The notes under the pieces are model-generated. The model was not told the origin of the DNA. It saw only the letters and a program-made list of their open reading frames with translations, and made no database searches. A stretch of DNA of 64,000 bases, taken from positions 64,922 through 128,921 of the forward strand of contig BPGL01000001.1 of assembly GCA_026003015.1 (NCBI GenBank), read 5' to 3'. Positions 39,043 through 52,156 of the stretch are shown here, piece after piece. The translations under genes were made by a program, and so were the position numbers. Position 1 is the stretch's first letter; every line of letters starts with the position of its first letter. This DNA comes from Actinomycetota bacterium. Its GTDB lineage: Bacteria > Actinomycetota > UBA4738 > HRBIN12.

Positions 39043-40340
39043 GCGACGCGCGGAGCGTGCCGGCGGGCGACCCGGCCTGGCTGCGGGGGATGACGATGCG
39101 GCGGATGTCCCGCCGGCAGATGATGCGCTACGCCGGGATGTCGGTCGGCACCCTGAGCCTTGCCTCGATCCTGGCGGCGTGTGGGGGCGACGGCGGTACC
39201 GGCGGCGGGACGCCGACGGAGCCCGGCGGCTCCACGATGCCCGACTACACCGCCGAGCCGGGCCCGGTGATCCGCTTCTCGAACTGGCCGCTGTACATCG
39301 ACAAGGCGCGGGACAAGGAGACGGGCGAGCGCTACTCCCCGTCGCTGCGGCTGTTCGAGGAGGAGACCGGGATCAAGGTCGAGTACACGACCGAGATCAA
39401 CGACAACGCGGCGTTCTTCGGCGAGCTGCTGCCGCTCCTGCAGGCGGGGCAGGACCCCGGGCGCGACATCATCGTGATCACGAACGGTCGCGAGTTCGCC
39501 GCGCTGACCCAGAACGGCTGGGTCTACGAGCTCGACCCGAACCTGCGACCGAACTTCGACGCGAACGCCGCCGCGTGGGCCAAGGACCCGAACTTCGACC
39601 CCGGCAACCGCTTCTCGATGGCCTGGCAGTCGGGGCTCACGGGGATCGGGTACAACACCGAGAAGGTCAAGCGGCCGCTCACGACCGCCGACGACCTCAT
39701 GAACCCCGACGTCGTGCCCCCGAGCTCGGTCGGCGTCCTGAAGGCCGACGCGCCGGACTTCGCGATGATCCAGCTCGGGATCGATCCCACGACCTCGGGC
39801 CCGGAGGAGTGGAAGGCGGCCGCGGACTGGCTCCGCAAGCTCCGCGACGCCCCGACGTTCCGCACCGCCTACGACCAGGCCTACGTCGACGACCTGACGG
39901 CGGGCAACCTCGCGGCGACGATGGGCTGGTCCGGGGACGTCCTCTACTACGCGCTGTGGGAGGACTACCCGTTCGAGTTCATCGTTCCGGAAGCCGGTGC
40001 GCTGATCTGGATCGACAACATGATGATCCCGGTGAACGCGCCGAACCCGCAGGGCGCCTACCAGCTGATGGACTTCTACTACCGGCCCGAGGTCGCCCAG
40101 ATGGTGACCGAATGGGTGCTGTACATGTCGCCCGTGCCGGCCGTCCAGCAGCTGATCGCCGAGCACGCCGAGCAGGAGAAGGGGGCCTACGCGGAGGCGC
40201 TCCGCCGGACCGCGGAGAACCCGTTCCTGTGGCCCGACGAGGAGCTCCTCGCGAAGGTCAAGTTCGGACGGCCGCTCACGACCGACGAGGAGGCCGCCGA
40301 GTGGGACTCGATCTTCCTGCCGGTCTGGGAGGGGCTGTGA
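39039..40340 (+). CDS. Polyamine ABC transporter substrate-binding lipoprotein (PotD/PotF family)
   Basis: Lipoprotein signal ([10 protein letters not shown]) followed by a PotD-like binding domain. The ATG overlaps the potA stop. Confidence 0.8.
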   Translation: MSDARSVPAGDPAWLRGMTMRRMSRRQMMRYAGMSVGTLSLASILAACGGDGGTGGGTPTEPGGSTMPDYTAEPGPVIRFSNWPLYIDKARDKETGERYSPSLRLFEEETGIKVEYTTEINDNAAFFGELLPLLQAGQDPGRDIIVITNGREFAALTQNGWVYELDPNLRPNFDANAAAWAKDPNFDPGNRFSMAWQSGLTGIGYNTEKVKRPLTTADDLMNPDVVPPSSVGVLKADAPDFAMIQLGIDPTTSGPEEWKAAADWLRKLRDAPTFRTAYDQAYVDDLTAGNLAATMGWSGDVLYYALWEDYPFEFIVPEAGALIWIDNMMIPVNAPNPQGAYQLMDFYYRPEVAQMVTEWVLYMSPVPAVQQLIAEHAEQEKGAYAEALRRTAENPFLWPDEELLAKVKFGRPLTTDEEAAEWDSIFLPVWEGL

Positions 40341-40350
40341 GCCTCCTGCC

Positions 40351-41313
40351 GTGGCCGGGCCCGTGAGCGACGAACGCACCGCGGTCGTTCTTCCGGCCGA
40401 GGGTCCGCTCGCCCCGCCCGCCCGGCAGGGTGAGCGGACCCTCGAGCGCCGGCGTCGCGCCGTCGCGTACCTGCTGCTTACACCCGGGACCCTATACCTG
40501 GCGCTGTTCTTCGCGCTCCCGCTGATCCTGATCATCTACACGTCGCTCAAAAGCGGCGGTCTGCTGTCCGGGGGCGGGTTCCGGTTCACGTGGCAGTGGG
40601 AGAACTACACCGACGGTCTGGCCACCTACGGGTCGTTCTACGTCCGCTCGGTCGTCTACGCGGGGATCGCGACGGTCGCCTGCATCCTGCTCGCATACCC
40701 GATGGCCTACTGGATCGCCTTCTACGGCGGTCGGTGGAAGTCGGCACTGTTCTTCATGATCCTCGTGCCGTTCTTCGTCTCGTTCGTGATCCGGACGGTG
40801 CAGTGGCGTTTCCTCCTCGGCGACTTCGGGCTGATCTTCGGGCCGCTGAAGGACCTCGGGCTGCTGCCGCAGGACTTCCGCGTGCTGGCGACCCCGCTCG
40901 CGGTCATCGCCGGGATCACGTACAACTTCCTCCCGTTCACCGCGTTGCCGCTGTACGTGGCCCTTGACCGGATCGACCGCAGCCTGATCGAGGCTGCCAA
41001 GGATCTGTACGCGACGAAGACCGAGGCGTTCCGCAAGGTCGTCCTCCCGCTGTCGTTCCCGGGCCTGTTCGCGGCCGTGATCCTCACGTTCGTGCCGGCC
41101 ACCGGCGACTACGTGAACTCCTCGGTCCTCGGGGGGCCCAACACGACGATGATCGGGCAGATCATCCAGACGAAGTTCCTGGTCGAGCTCCGCTACCCCG
41201 AGGCGGCGGCCCTGTCGGTCGTGCTGATGGTGGGGATGCTGCTGATCGCGCTGCTCTACGCGAAGGCGCTCGGAACCGAGGACGAGACCCTCGCGGCGGG
41301 GGCGGGGGCGTGA
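40351..41313 (+). CDS. Polyamine ABC transporter permease (PotB-like)
   Basis: Multi-TM permease with an EAA region. The start is GTG at 40351 or 40363. Confidence 0.75.
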   Translation: MAGPVSDERTAVVLPAEGPLAPPARQGERTLERRRRAVAYLLLTPGTLYLALFFALPLILIIYTSLKSGGLLSGGGFRFTWQWENYTDGLATYGSFYVRSVVYAGIATVACILLAYPMAYWIAFYGGRWKSALFFMILVPFFVSFVIRTVQWRFLLGDFGLIFGPLKDLGLLPQDFRVLATPLAVIAGITYNFLPFTALPLYVALDRIDRSLIEAAKDLYATKTEAFRKVVLPLSFPGLFAAVILTFVPATGDYVNSSVLGGPNTTMIGQIIQTKFLVELRYPEAAALSVVLMVGMLLIALLYAKALGTEDETLAAGAGA

Positions 41314-42179
41314 GCGCGGTCGCGACCGCGGCGCCGCCCCCCGTCGAACGGGTCCGTCGCCGGCGGTGGACGTCGTTCATCCTGCCGGTGTTCACCGGTG
41401 CGATGATCTTCTACCTCGCGAGCCCGGTCTTCCTCATGGTGCTCTACGGGTTCAACGACCTCGCGGGGGAGCGCCAGGTGGCGCGCTTCACCTGCTGCAC
41501 GCTCGTGTGGTGGCGCCAGATGTTCGAGCTGCCGGACCTGAACCGCGCCCTTCGCACGTCGCTCACGGTGGCGTTCCCGTCGGCGATCGCGGCGACCGCG
41601 CTCGGCACGTTCATCGGGCTCGTCCTCGGGCGGTACCGGTTCAGCGGTCGCGCGGTCCTGAACTTCGTGATCTTCCTCGCGATCGCGATCCCCGAGATCG
41701 TCCTCGGATCGGCGCTGCTGTCGATGTACGTCCAGGTGAACGAGATGCGACCCTTCGGCGCCACGGTCCCGCTCGGCTACACCTCGATCCTGCTGTCCCA
41801 CATCTCCTTCTCGATCGCCTTCGTCGCGATCACGGTCCGCGCCCGCGTCCAAGGCCTCGACCGGACCCTGGAGAACGCGGCCCAGGACCTGTTCGCCACG
41901 CCGGCGGTCGCCTTCTGGCGCGTGACGCTTCCGCTGATCCTGCCCGGCGTGGTCGCCGGGTTCCTGCTCGCCTTCGTGCTGTCGCTCGACGACTTCGTGA
42001 TCACGAACTTCGTGAACGGCCAGACCGACACCTTCCCCACGTGGGTGTTCGGGACCTCGAAGATCGGGGTGCCGCCACAGGTGAACGTCTGGGGCACCGT
42101 GCTGTTCCTCGCGGGGGTGCTCACGGCCGGCGTGAGCCTCGCGCAGGCCTACCGCCGACGGACCGGCCGGGCCGCGTGA
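41310..42179 (+). CDS. Polyamine ABC transporter permease (PotC-like)
   Basis: The GTG start overlaps the upstream stop. It is a multi-TM permease. Confidence 0.75.
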   Translation: MSAVATAAPPPVERVRRRRWTSFILPVFTGAMIFYLASPVFLMVLYGFNDLAGERQVARFTCCTLVWWRQMFELPDLNRALRTSLTVAFPSAIAATALGTFIGLVLGRYRFSGRAVLNFVIFLAIAIPEIVLGSALLSMYVQVNEMRPFGATVPLGYTSILLSHISFSIAFVAITVRARVQGLDRTLENAAQDLFATPAVAFWRVTLPLILPGVVAGFLLAFVLSLDDFVITNFVNGQTDTFPTWVFGTSKIGVPPQVNVWGTVLFLAGVLTAGVSLAQAYRRRTGRAA

Positions 42180-42188
42180 GGCGGTCCA

Positions 42189-42214
42189 GCGCTCGTGAAC
42201 GGATTCACGAGCGC
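42189..42214 (+). terminator. Perfect 11-bp hairpin after potC (operon terminator candidate)
   Basis: GCGCTCGTGAA-cgga-TTCACGAGCGC, 10 nt after the potC stop. No U-tract. Confidence 0.45.
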
Positions 42215-42246
42215 CTGGACGAGGGCTCTGACCTGCGGAAACGCCT

Positions 42247-42275
42247 TTGACGCGGCGCGGGACCGCCCCTATACT
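42247..42275 (+). promoter_or_regulatory. Sigma-70/SigA-type promoter of the atp operon (TTGACG-17 nt-TATACT)
   Basis: Near-consensus -35 at 42247-42252 and -10 at 42270-42275 with a 17-nt spacer. The predicted transcription start is about 3-4 nt before the atpZ-like ATG at 42286. Confidence 0.6.
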
Positions 42276-42285
42276 CCCTGCGCCC

Positions 42286-42507
42286 ATGCAGGGACGCCAC
42301 CGCGGGGACGCCTGGAGGTCGGCGAACCAGGCCTGGGACGTGATCGGCACCCTCCTCGCCGGGATCCTCGTCTGGGGAGGGGTCGGCCACGTCCTGGACC
42401 GCTGGTTCGGCTTCGGCCAGGGCGTCCTGCTGCCGGCCGGGATGGTCCTCGGCGTGGGCGTGGCGGTCTACCTGATCTCCAGGCGGTACGGCGCTGACGA
42501 TCGCTGA
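42286..42507 (+). CDS. AtpZ/AtpI-family small membrane protein (ATP synthase-associated)
   Basis: 73 aa with two TM helices (WDVIGTLLAGILVWGGVGHVLDRWFG...). It opens the atp operon. The TTG 'start' at 42247 in the ORF track is actually the -35 box. Confidence 0.6.
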   Translation: MQGRHRGDAWRSANQAWDVIGTLLAGILVWGGVGHVLDRWFGFGQGVLLPAGMVLGVGVAVYLISRRYGADDR

Positions 42508-42517
42508 TCGACCCGAG

Positions 42518-42943
42518 GTGGTGCTGGTGCGGCGGGCGATGCTGCCCGCCGCCGCCGGCGTGGCGCTCGCCCTCGTGCTCGGCGCCGTCCTCGGGGGTCG
42601 CGAGGCGGCCTGGTCCGCGGCGCTGGGCGTGGCGATCGTCGCCGCGAACTTCGCCGCTCACGGCCTGTCCTTGGCGTGGGCCTCGACCGTGTCGATCGCC
42701 GCGGTGGTCGGCGTCGCGCTCGGCGGGGTCGTCGTTCGGCTGGGCGCGATCGTCGCCGCGATCGCCGCGCTCGACCGGCTCGAGCCCTTCTCGGCCCACG
42801 CGTTCGCCGCCGCCGTCGTGCCGGCGACCGTCGCGCTGCTGGCCGTCGAGGCCCGGCTGGTCGCGCGCGGCATCGGCGGCGACCTGGATCTGCCCCCCGA
42901 CGAACCGGTCGTCCGGCTGTCGCTGGCGCGGAGGCCGCGGTGA
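42518..42943 (+). CDS. Hydrophobic membrane protein preceding atpB (Rv1303/AtpI-like)
   Basis: 141 aa, four predicted TM helices, in the conserved position upstream of atpB. Confidence 0.5.
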   Translation: MVLVRRAMLPAAAGVALALVLGAVLGGREAAWSAALGVAIVAANFAAHGLSLAWASTVSIAAVVGVALGGVVVRLGAIVAAIAALDRLEPFSAHAFAAAVVPATVALLAVEARLVARGIGGDLDLPPDEPVVRLSLARRPR

Positions 42944-43764
42944 CCGGGTTGCTCGCCGTGCTGTCGACCCCGCCCGAGGGTTTCCACGCGCCCGGCACCG
43001 AGATCTTCCAGTACGCCGGGAACCCCGAGCTGTGCCTGATCGGTTCCGGGCCGTTGTGCATCCAGAAGGTCACGCTGCTGATGCTGCTGTCGGCGGTGGC
43101 GATCTCGGCCTTCTTCCTCATGGCGTTCCGGGCGCCCCGCCTCGTGCCGCGGGGCGTGCAGGGGGTGGCCGAGGGGCTCGTCGACATCGTGCGTCGGGGG
43201 GTCGTGCTTGAGGTGATGGGGCCCGACGGCCTCCCGTTCCTGCCCCTGCTCACGACCCTGTTCGTGTTCATCTGGGTGAACAACAGCCTCGGGATCATCC
43301 CCTTGATCCAGTTCCCGACGACCTCGCGGATGGCGATCCCGGCGGTGCTGGCCGGGCTCGTGTGGCTCGTGTTCAACGTCGTGGGGATCGTGAAGCAGGG
43401 GGGCCTCGGCTACCTCAAGAACGTGCTGTTCCCTCCCGGGGTGCCCGCGCCGATCTACGTCCTCGTGACCCCCATCGAGTTCGTCTCCACGTTCCTGGTG
43501 CGGCCGCTCACGCTGGCCGTCCGTCTCGGGGCCAACATGATCGCGGGGCACCTGATCCTGACGATCTTCGCCGTCGGCTGTTGGTACCTGTTCTCGCATC
43601 TGTGGACGCCGGGAGCCGACTGGGTCGCCGGGTTCGGGGTCTTCTCCTTCGCGCTGCTCGTCTTCATGACGGGCTTCGAGGTCCTCGTGGCGTTCCTGCA
43701 GGCGTACATCTTCACGATGCTTACCGCGGTCTACATCGCCGGGGCGATGCACCCCGAGCACTGA
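42940..43764 (+). CDS. atpB: F0F1 ATP synthase subunit a
   Basis: The GTG overlaps the upstream stop. It carries the conserved Arg region (LAVRLGANMIAGHL). Confidence 0.85.
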   Translation: MTGLLAVLSTPPEGFHAPGTEIFQYAGNPELCLIGSGPLCIQKVTLLMLLSAVAISAFFLMAFRAPRLVPRGVQGVAEGLVDIVRRGVVLEVMGPDGLPFLPLLTTLFVFIWVNNSLGIIPLIQFPTTSRMAIPAVLAGLVWLVFNVVGIVKQGGLGYLKNVLFPPGVPAPIYVLVTPIEFVSTFLVRPLTLAVRLGANMIAGHLILTIFAVGCWYLFSHLWTPGADWVAGFGVFSFALLVFMTGFEVLVAFLQAYIFTMLTAVYIAGAMHPEH

Positions 43765-44031
<267 letters not shown>

Positions 44032-44038
44032 GGACCGT

Positions 44039-44614
44039 GTGATGCTGGGAGCGATCGCGTCGATCGGGCTGCTCGCCGCCGAGGCGGCGGAGGAGGCAGC
44101 GGCCGGGCCGGAGAACCCGATCCTGCCCGACCTGGCGGAGATGATCTTCGGCACCCTTGCCTTCCTCATCGTCTTCGGGGTCCTCGCGCGCTACGCGTTC
44201 CCCGCTTTGAATCGGATCCTCGCCGAGCGGGCCGCCAGGATCCAGGGGGAGATGGAGCGCGCCGAGGCCGCGAGGACCGAGGCCGACCGGGTGCTCGCCG
44301 AGTACCGCGAGCAGCTCGCCGGGGCTCGAGAGGAGGCCAACCGCATCATCGAGGAGGCGCGCAGGACCGCGGAGCAGCTCCGGCGGGACCTGCAGGCCAA
44401 GGCCGAGCAGGAGGCGCAGGCCACGGTCGCCCGGGCGCAGGAGGAGATCCGCGCCGAGCGCGATCGGGTCTTCGACGAGCTGCGGGCGCAGGTCGCCGAC
44501 ATCGCCGTCGAGCTCGCCGGGCGCGTGGTCGGTCAGGCCCTCGACCGGGCCGCCCACGAGCGGCTCATCGAGGAGTACATCGACCAGGTCGCCGGCTCGA
44601 ACGGGAGCCGCTGA
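44039..44614 (+). CDS. atpF: F0F1 ATP synthase subunit b
   Basis: N-terminal TM segment followed by a long charged helix. Confidence 0.85.
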   Translation: MMLGAIASIGLLAAEAAEEAAAGPENPILPDLAEMIFGTLAFLIVFGVLARYAFPALNRILAERAARIQGEMERAEAARTEADRVLAEYREQLAGAREEANRIIEEARRTAEQLRRDLQAKAEQEAQATVARAQEEIRAERDRVFDELRAQVADIAVELAGRVVGQALDRAAHERLIEEYIDQVAGSNGSR

Positions 44615-45177
44615 TGGTCGAGGCCCCCGCCGAGCGGCGCCCGAGCGGTGACGAACGCGTGCGCGGCTACGCGAGCGCGCTCGTCACCATCGCGGAGGCG
44701 GAGGGCGCGCTGGGCCGGGTCGAGGACGAGCTGTTCGCGTTCGCGAAGGCGGCGGAGCAGCACCCCCGCCTGCGCGACGCGCTCGCCGATCGGGCCCTGC
44801 CCGTCGACAACCGCGTCGCCCTGGTCCGCGACGTCCTCGGCGACCGGGTGCACCCGGTGACGCTCACCCTCCTGTCGTTGCTGGTGGAGGCCGGTCGCGC
44901 TCGGGAGCTGGTGCCGATCGCCGAGGCCGTGGCCTCGATCGCGGCCCAGCGGCGCTCGCGGGTGGTCGCGGAGGTTCGGACGGCGGTGCCGCTCACCGAG
45001 GCCCAGCGCGAGCGCCTCGAGCATGCGCTGTCGCGCGCGACCGGGCGGACGGTGGAGGCGAAGGTCGTGATCGATCCGACCGTGGTCGGTGGCGTGGTCG
45101 CCAAGGTCGGGGACGAGGTGTTCGACGGCTCGATCGCGAGCCGTCTGCGCGAAGCCAAGCACGTACTCGGGGGTTGA
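44614..45177 (+). CDS. atpH: F0F1 ATP synthase subunit delta
   Basis: OSCP/delta fold. The ATG overlaps the atpF stop. Confidence 0.8.
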   Translation: MVEAPAERRPSGDERVRGYASALVTIAEAEGALGRVEDELFAFAKAAEQHPRLRDALADRALPVDNRVALVRDVLGDRVHPVTLTLLSLLVEAGRARELVPIAEAVASIAAQRRSRVVAEVRTAVPLTEAQRERLEHALSRATGRTVEAKVVIDPTVVGGVVAKVGDEVFDGSIASRLREAKHVLGG

Positions 45178-45180
45178 GCG

Positions 45181-46827
45181 ATGGCACTGAACCTGGATCC
45201 CGCGAGCATCGCCGAGGCGCTCCGGCGCAACGTCGAGAGCTGGACGCCGTCGGTCGAGCGCGAGGAGATCGGGCGGGTGGTCGAGTCGGGCGACGGGATC
45301 GCCCGCGTCTCGGGGCTGCCGCGCACGATGGCCAACGAGCTCCTCGAGTTCCCCAACGGGCTTTTGGGCGTCGCCTTCAACCTCGATGAGGACGAGATCG
45401 GCTGCATCATCTTCGGGGACGCCGCCGCGATCGAGGAGGGCGATCCCGTCAAACAGACGGGTCAGATCCTCTCGATCCCGGTGGGGGACGGCTTCCTGGG
45501 TCGCGTCGTCGACGCGCTCGGGCGCCCGATCGACGACCGCGGGCCGATCCCGGCCACCGAGCGACGCGCCCTCGAGGTCCAGGCGCCCTCCGTGGTCTCG
45601 CGCCAGCCGGTGAAGGAGCCGCTGCAGACCGGCATCACGGCGATCGACGCGATGACCCCGATCGGCCGTGGGCAGCGGGAGCTCATCATCGGCGATCGCC
45701 AGACCGGCAAGACCGCGATCGCCATCGACACGATCATCGCCCAGCGCGAGCACTGGGGGACCGAGCGGGCGGTGAAGTGCATCTACGTCGCCGTCGGGCA
45801 GAAGGCCTCCACCGTCGCGGAGGTCGTCGAGACCCTCCGCGAGCACGGCGCCCTGGACTACACGGTCGTGGTGAACGCGCCGGCGGCCGACCCCGCGCCG
45901 TTCCAGTACATCGCCCCCTACGCTGGCGCCGCCTTGGGCGCGCACTGGATGTGGAACGGCGACCACGCCCTGATCGTCTACGACGACCTGTCCAAGCAGG
46001 CGGTCGCCTATCGCGAGATCTCGCTGCTGCTGCGGCGCCCGCCCGGCCGCGAGGCCTATCCCGGGGATGTCTTCTACCTGCATTCCCGTCTGCTCGAGCG
46101 CGCGGCCAAGCTTTCCGACGAGCTCGGCGGCGGATCCCTCACGGCGCTTCCGATCATCGAGACGAAGGGCGGCGACGTGTCCGCCTACATCCCGACGAAC
46201 GTGATCTCGATCACCGACGGGCAGATCTACTTGGAGCCGGAGCTGTTCTTCTCCGGCGTGCGTCCCGCGATCAACGTGGGCATCTCGGTCTCCCGGGTCG
46301 GGGGCAACGCGCAGATCAAGGCGATGAAGAAGGTCGCCGGCCGCCTGAGGATCGACCTCGCCCAGTACCGGGCGCTCGAGGCCTTCGCGCAGTTCGGCTC
46401 CGAGCTCGACCGCGCCTCGCAACAACAGCTCGCCCGCGGCGCGCGCGTGATCGAGGTGCTGAAGCAGCCTCAGTACGCGCCGATCCCCGTGGAGCAGCAG
46501 GTCGTGCAGATCCTCGTCGTGACCGGGGGGCACGCCGACGCCTACCCGGTCCAGGACGCGAAGCGCTTCGTCGAAGGCTTCGTGGCCTACCTCGACGCCC
46601 GGCACCCGGAGGTCCTCACGTCGATCCGCGAGACGGGGGACCTCAGCGAGCAGACCGAGGCCACGATCGAGCAGGCCCTCGCCGCGTACCGCGAGACGTT
46701 CGTGCCCAGCGGCCAGCCGGAGGGCTCCGAGGCCGCGATCGGCGAGACGACCCCGCCCGACGAGGTCCGCCCCGACGTCGGGTGGGACCGGATGAGCTCG
46801 GTCGACGAGGAGGAGGCGGGCGCGTAG
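45181..46827 (+). CDS. atpA: F0F1 ATP synthase subunit alpha
   Basis: Walker A GDRQTGKT and a full-length alpha subunit. Confidence 0.95.
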   Translation: MALNLDPASIAEALRRNVESWTPSVEREEIGRVVESGDGIARVSGLPRTMANELLEFPNGLLGVAFNLDEDEIGCIIFGDAAAIEEGDPVKQTGQILSIPVGDGFLGRVVDALGRPIDDRGPIPATERRALEVQAPSVVSRQPVKEPLQTGITAIDAMTPIGRGQRELIIGDRQTGKTAIAIDTIIAQREHWGTERAVKCIYVAVGQKASTVAEVVETLREHGALDYTVVVNAPAADPAPFQYIAPYAGAALGAHWMWNGDHALIVYDDLSKQAVAYREISLLLRRPPGREAYPGDVFYLHSRLLERAAKLSDELGGGSLTALPIIETKGGDVSAYIPTNVISITDGQIYLEPELFFSGVRPAINVGISVSRVGGNAQIKAMKKVAGRLRIDLAQYRALEAFAQFGSELDRASQQQLARGARVIEVLKQPQYAPIPVEQQVVQILVVTGGHADAYPVQDAKRFVEGFVAYLDARHPEVLTSIRETGDLSEQTEATIEQALAAYRETFVPSGQPEGSEAAIGETTPPDEVRPDVGWDRMSSVDEEEAGA

Positions 46828-46830
46828 CCG

Positions 46831-47727
46831 ATGGGCGCGAAGCTCCGCGTCGTCCGCCGGCGGATCCGATCGGTCCAGTCGACGAAGAAGATCACCCGGG
46901 CGATGGAGCTGATCGCCTCCTCCAGGATCGTCAAGGCCCAGCAGCGCGTCGAGGGCTCCCGGCCCTACGCGGTGCAGCTCACCCGGGCGATGGAGGACGT
47001 CGCGCGCTACGCGGGGGGATCGCTTCGCCACCCGCTGCTCGAGGAGCGCTCGCCGGCCAGGCGCGGCGGGGTCCTCGTCATCACCTCCGACCGCGGCCTG
47101 GCCGGCTCCTACAACGCGAACGTGCTGAAGATCGCCGAGGACCTGCGCGAGGGTCTCGCTCGTCGGGGGCTCGAGCCGGTCGTGTACGTGATCGGCAAGA
47201 AGGGGGCCGGGTACTTCCGGTTCCGTCGGGTGCCCGTCGCGGCGGCCTGGCAGGGGTTCAGCGAGGTCCCCCCCTACGAGAAGGCCGAGGAGGTCGGGGA
47301 GCGGCTGATCGCCGACTTCGCGGAGCAGGCGATCGACGAGCTCCACTGCGCCTACACCGACTTCCGCTCGGCGTTCACGCTGCGAGCGACCGCCAAGCGG
47401 TTCTTGCCGATCGCTCCCGAGGAGGTCACGGGCACCGGGCCTCGGCCGATCCACGCGGAGTACCTCTTCGAGCCGTCGCCGGCCGAGATCCTCGACCACC
47501 TCCTGCCGCGCTACCTGATCACGAAGGTCTACGCGGCGCTGCTCGAGTCGGCGGCCTCGGAGAACGCCGCACGGCGCCGCGCGATGAAGGCGGCCACCGA
47601 CAACGCGGAGGAGCTGATCAAGGTCCTCACGCGCCAGGCGAACCGAGCGCGGCAGGACGAGATCACGACGGAGATCATGGAGATCGTGGGCGGGGCCGAG
47701 GCGCTGGCCGCCGCCTCGGAGGAATAG
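46831..47727 (+). CDS. atpG: F0F1 ATP synthase subunit gamma
   Basis: Gamma-subunit N- and C-terminal coiled-coil helices. Confidence 0.9.
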   Translation: MGAKLRVVRRRIRSVQSTKKITRAMELIASSRIVKAQQRVEGSRPYAVQLTRAMEDVARYAGGSLRHPLLEERSPARRGGVLVITSDRGLAGSYNANVLKIAEDLREGLARRGLEPVVYVIGKKGAGYFRFRRVPVAAAWQGFSEVPPYEKAEEVGERLIADFAEQAIDELHCAYTDFRSAFTLRATAKRFLPIAPEEVTGTGPRPIHAEYLFEPSPAEILDHLLPRYLITKVYAALLESAASENAARRRAMKAATDNAEELIKVLTRQANRARQDEITTEIMEIVGGAEALAAASEE

Positions 47728-49568
<1,841 letters not shown>

Positions 49569-49603
49569 GGACCGCTCGGCCGCGAGCGCGTAGCATCCTG
49601 GCC

Positions 49604-50893
49604 GTGGAGCGCCTCCTCGTGACCGGCGGCGGCACCCTGCGGGGGGACGTGCGGGTGTCCGGCGCGAAGAACGCCGCGCTCAAGCTCATGGCCGCGGCGC
49701 TGCTCGCGCCCGGCGAGAGCCGGGTGGACAACGTCCCCCGGATCCTCGACTGCCGGCTGATGGGCGAGGTTCTCGCGCGTCTCGGCGTGGGGGTGTCCTG
49801 GGAGGGCGCGAGCGTGCGGATCGACGCGTCGGAGCTGTCGGCGATCGAGGCTCCCTACGACCTCGTGCGGCGGATGCGAGCGTCGATCGTCGTGCTCGGC
49901 CCGCTGCTCGCTCGTTGCGGGCGGGCTCGCGTCGCGATGCCGGGTGGGGACGAGATCGGCTCGCGCCCGATCGATCTGCACCTCGGCGGCCTGTCGAGGA
50001 TGGGGGCGGAGATCACGCTCGAGCACGGGTTCGTGGACGCGCGGGCGCCGCACGGTCTGCGGGGCGCACAGCTCACGCTCGACTACCCGAGCGTCGGGGC
50101 GACGGAGAACCTCATGATGGCCGCGGTCGCCGCGCGCGGACGGACCGTGATCGACAACGCCGCGCGCGAGCCCGAGATCGCCGACCTCGCGTCGTTCCTC
50201 TCGGCGATGGGCGCGCGCATCGACGGCGCGGGGTCGAGCTCGATCGAGATCGAGGGGGTGGACGGGTTCCACCCCACCGCGCACGTCACCATCCCCGACC
50301 GGATCGAGGCGGGGACCTGGGCGATCGCGGCCGTCGCGAGCCGTGGCGACGTGACCGTCCACGACGCCCGCCCCGACCACATGGAGCTGTTGCTCAGCAA
50401 GCTCCACGACGCGGGGGCCGAGATCGAGGCGACGCCGGGGCGCGTCCGGGTGCGCCAGCCCCTGCGGCCGCGCGCCGTCGACTTCGTCACGCTTCCGTAT
50501 CCGGGCCTCGCGACGGACTTCCAGCCGATCCTGCTCGCGATGCTCGCCGTGGCCGAGGGAACGTCGATCGCGACGGAGAACGTCTTCGAACGACGCTTCC
50601 TGTACGTCGACGAGCTCCGGCGGATGGGCGCGGACATCCGCACCGAGGGGCACCACGCGGTCGTGCGAGGGGTTCCGCGCCTGTCGGCCGCCCCGGTGCG
50701 GGCGCTGGACATCCGGGCCGGCGCGGCCATGGTGATCGCCGCGCTCGTCGCCGACGGCGTGACCGAGATCAGCGAGGTGCACCACATCGACCGCGGCTAC
50801 GAGCACCTCGAGGAGAAGCTCCGCGCGCTCGGCGTCGAGGCACGCCGCAGGGGCGACCGTCGGTTCGTGGCCGATCCCGCGGAGGCGCGATGA
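49604..50893 (+). CDS. murA: UDP-N-acetylglucosamine 1-carboxyvinyltransferase
   Basis: 429 aa with the catalytic Cys region and an EPSP-synthase fold. Confidence 0.9.
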   Translation: MERLLVTGGGTLRGDVRVSGAKNAALKLMAAALLAPGESRVDNVPRILDCRLMGEVLARLGVGVSWEGASVRIDASELSAIEAPYDLVRRMRASIVVLGPLLARCGRARVAMPGGDEIGSRPIDLHLGGLSRMGAEITLEHGFVDARAPHGLRGAQLTLDYPSVGATENLMMAAVAARGRTVIDNAAREPEIADLASFLSAMGARIDGAGSSSIEIEGVDGFHPTAHVTIPDRIEAGTWAIAAVASRGDVTVHDARPDHMELLLSKLHDAGAEIEATPGRVRVRQPLRPRAVDFVTLPYPGLATDFQPILLAMLAVAEGTSIATENVFERRFLYVDELRRMGADIRTEGHHAVVRGVPRLSAAPVRALDIRAGAAMVIAALVADGVTEISEVHHIDRGYEHLEEKLRALGVEARRRGDRRFVADPAEAR

Positions 50894-51729
50894 ACGCGCT
50901 CCCGCCATCGCTCCCGCTCCCGCCGTCACCAGCACCTCCCCCGCCGGTGCCGCCGCCCCCTGCCTCGGAGCTGGGCGCGGCGCGCGAGCGCCCGCGCGCG
51001 AGCTGGAGCGTGGTCGAGGCCATCGGTCTGTACCTCGTGGGCAACGTCGGCGTCGGGCAGCTCCTCGTCGCGGGGATCGCCCTGGCGCTGCTCGGGATCC
51101 GGGAGCTTCCGGCCGGGGGCGCGACCCTCGAGACGCTCGCCGTGTCCGCGCTGGTCGCGCTGGCGTTCGTCGCGGTCGTCGTCGCGTGGATGCGCCGACG
51201 CCACCCGGGGTGGGAGCAGGCGGTGGGGCTGCGGACGCAGCGCGGCCTGCGTCGCGACGCGCTGTGGGGCGCGGTCGCGGGGATCGCTCTGTACCCGGCC
51301 GTCTCGCTCGTCGCCGGCTCGATCGTGCTCGTGGTGCTGCGGGCGCTCACCGGGCACGACGTCCAGGTTCCCGATCAGCTGGCGCCCGGCCTCGGCCTGG
51401 GAGGCCGGGTCGTCGCGGCCGTCTACGCGCTCGGTATCGCCCCCGTGGCCGAGGAGCTGTACTTCCGCGGCGTGCTGTTCCGTAGCCTGCGCGACCGACA
51501 CGGGTTCGTGCTCGCGGCCGCCGCCAGCTCGCTGCTGTTCGGCCTCGTGCACTGGCCGGCGGGAACCCCGGCGGCCGATGCGGTGGTGCTGCCGCTCGTG
51601 ATGAGCGTGACCGGGGTCGGCCTGGCCTGGATCTACGAGCGGGGCGGGAACCTCGTCGTTCCGATCGTCGCGCACGTCGTGTTCAACGCGATCGGGCTCG
51701 CGATCATCTTCTCCGGCGTGGGGAGCTGA
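50890..51729 (+). CDS. CPBP family intramembrane metalloprotease (CAAX protease-like)
   Basis: The ATG at 50890 overlaps the murA stop. The motifs EELYFRG, FGLVH and HVVFN are present. The long upstream ORF frame is an artefact. Confidence 0.75.
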   Translation: MNALPPSLPLPPSPAPPPPVPPPPASELGAARERPRASWSVVEAIGLYLVGNVGVGQLLVAGIALALLGIRELPAGGATLETLAVSALVALAFVAVVVAWMRRRHPGWEQAVGLRTQRGLRRDALWGAVAGIALYPAVSLVAGSIVLVVLRALTGHDVQVPDQLAPGLGLGGRVVAAVYALGIAPVAEELYFRGVLFRSLRDRHGFVLAAAASSLLFGLVHWPAGTPAADAVVLPLVMSVTGVGLAWIYERGGNLVVPIVAHVVFNAIGLAIIFSGVGS

Positions 51730-51733
51730 TGCG

Positions 51734-52153
51734 GTGGCGCGGTTCTTGAGCGACGCCTGGTTCCGGGAGCTCGTCGAGCGGATCGAGGCCTCCGAGGCGT
51801 ACCGGGAGGCAGCCGCCGACTGGGAGGGCGACGTCGCCTTCTGGATCGAGGCCGAGCCCGACCGCGGTCTGGAGGAGGACGTGTTCGCGGTGCTCGACCT
51901 CTGGCACGGCCGATGCCTGGGCGGCGGGCTCGTCGAGCGCTCTCGGGCGGAGGCCGCCCGCTACCTGATCGCGGCGCCGTACTCCCGGTGGAAGGACGTC
52001 GTCACCGGCCACCTCGACCCCGTCCGCGGGATGATGCAGGGCAAGCTCCGCGTACGGGGGGATCTGCCGACGATCGTGCGCCAGGTTCGCGCGGCCAACG
52101 AGCTCGTGCGCCTCACCGGGGAGATCCCCACCGAGTTCCCCGACGAGGGCTGA
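51734..52153 (+). CDS. SCP2 sterol-carrier-like domain protein
   Basis: 139 aa with the SCP2 signature ...GKLRVRGDL... Confidence 0.6.
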   Translation: MARFLSDAWFRELVERIEASEAYREAAADWEGDVAFWIEAEPDRGLEEDVFAVLDLWHGRCLGGGLVERSRAEAARYLIAAPYSRWKDVVTGHLDPVRGMMQGKLRVRGDLPTIVRQVRAANELVRLTGEIPTEFPDEG

Positions 52154-52156
52154 GCC

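Noticed and set aside
42247-42285. TTG start making an 86-aa AtpZ ORF
   Set aside because: The TTG is the -35 hexamer of the atp promoter. The downstream ATG at 42286 is preferred.
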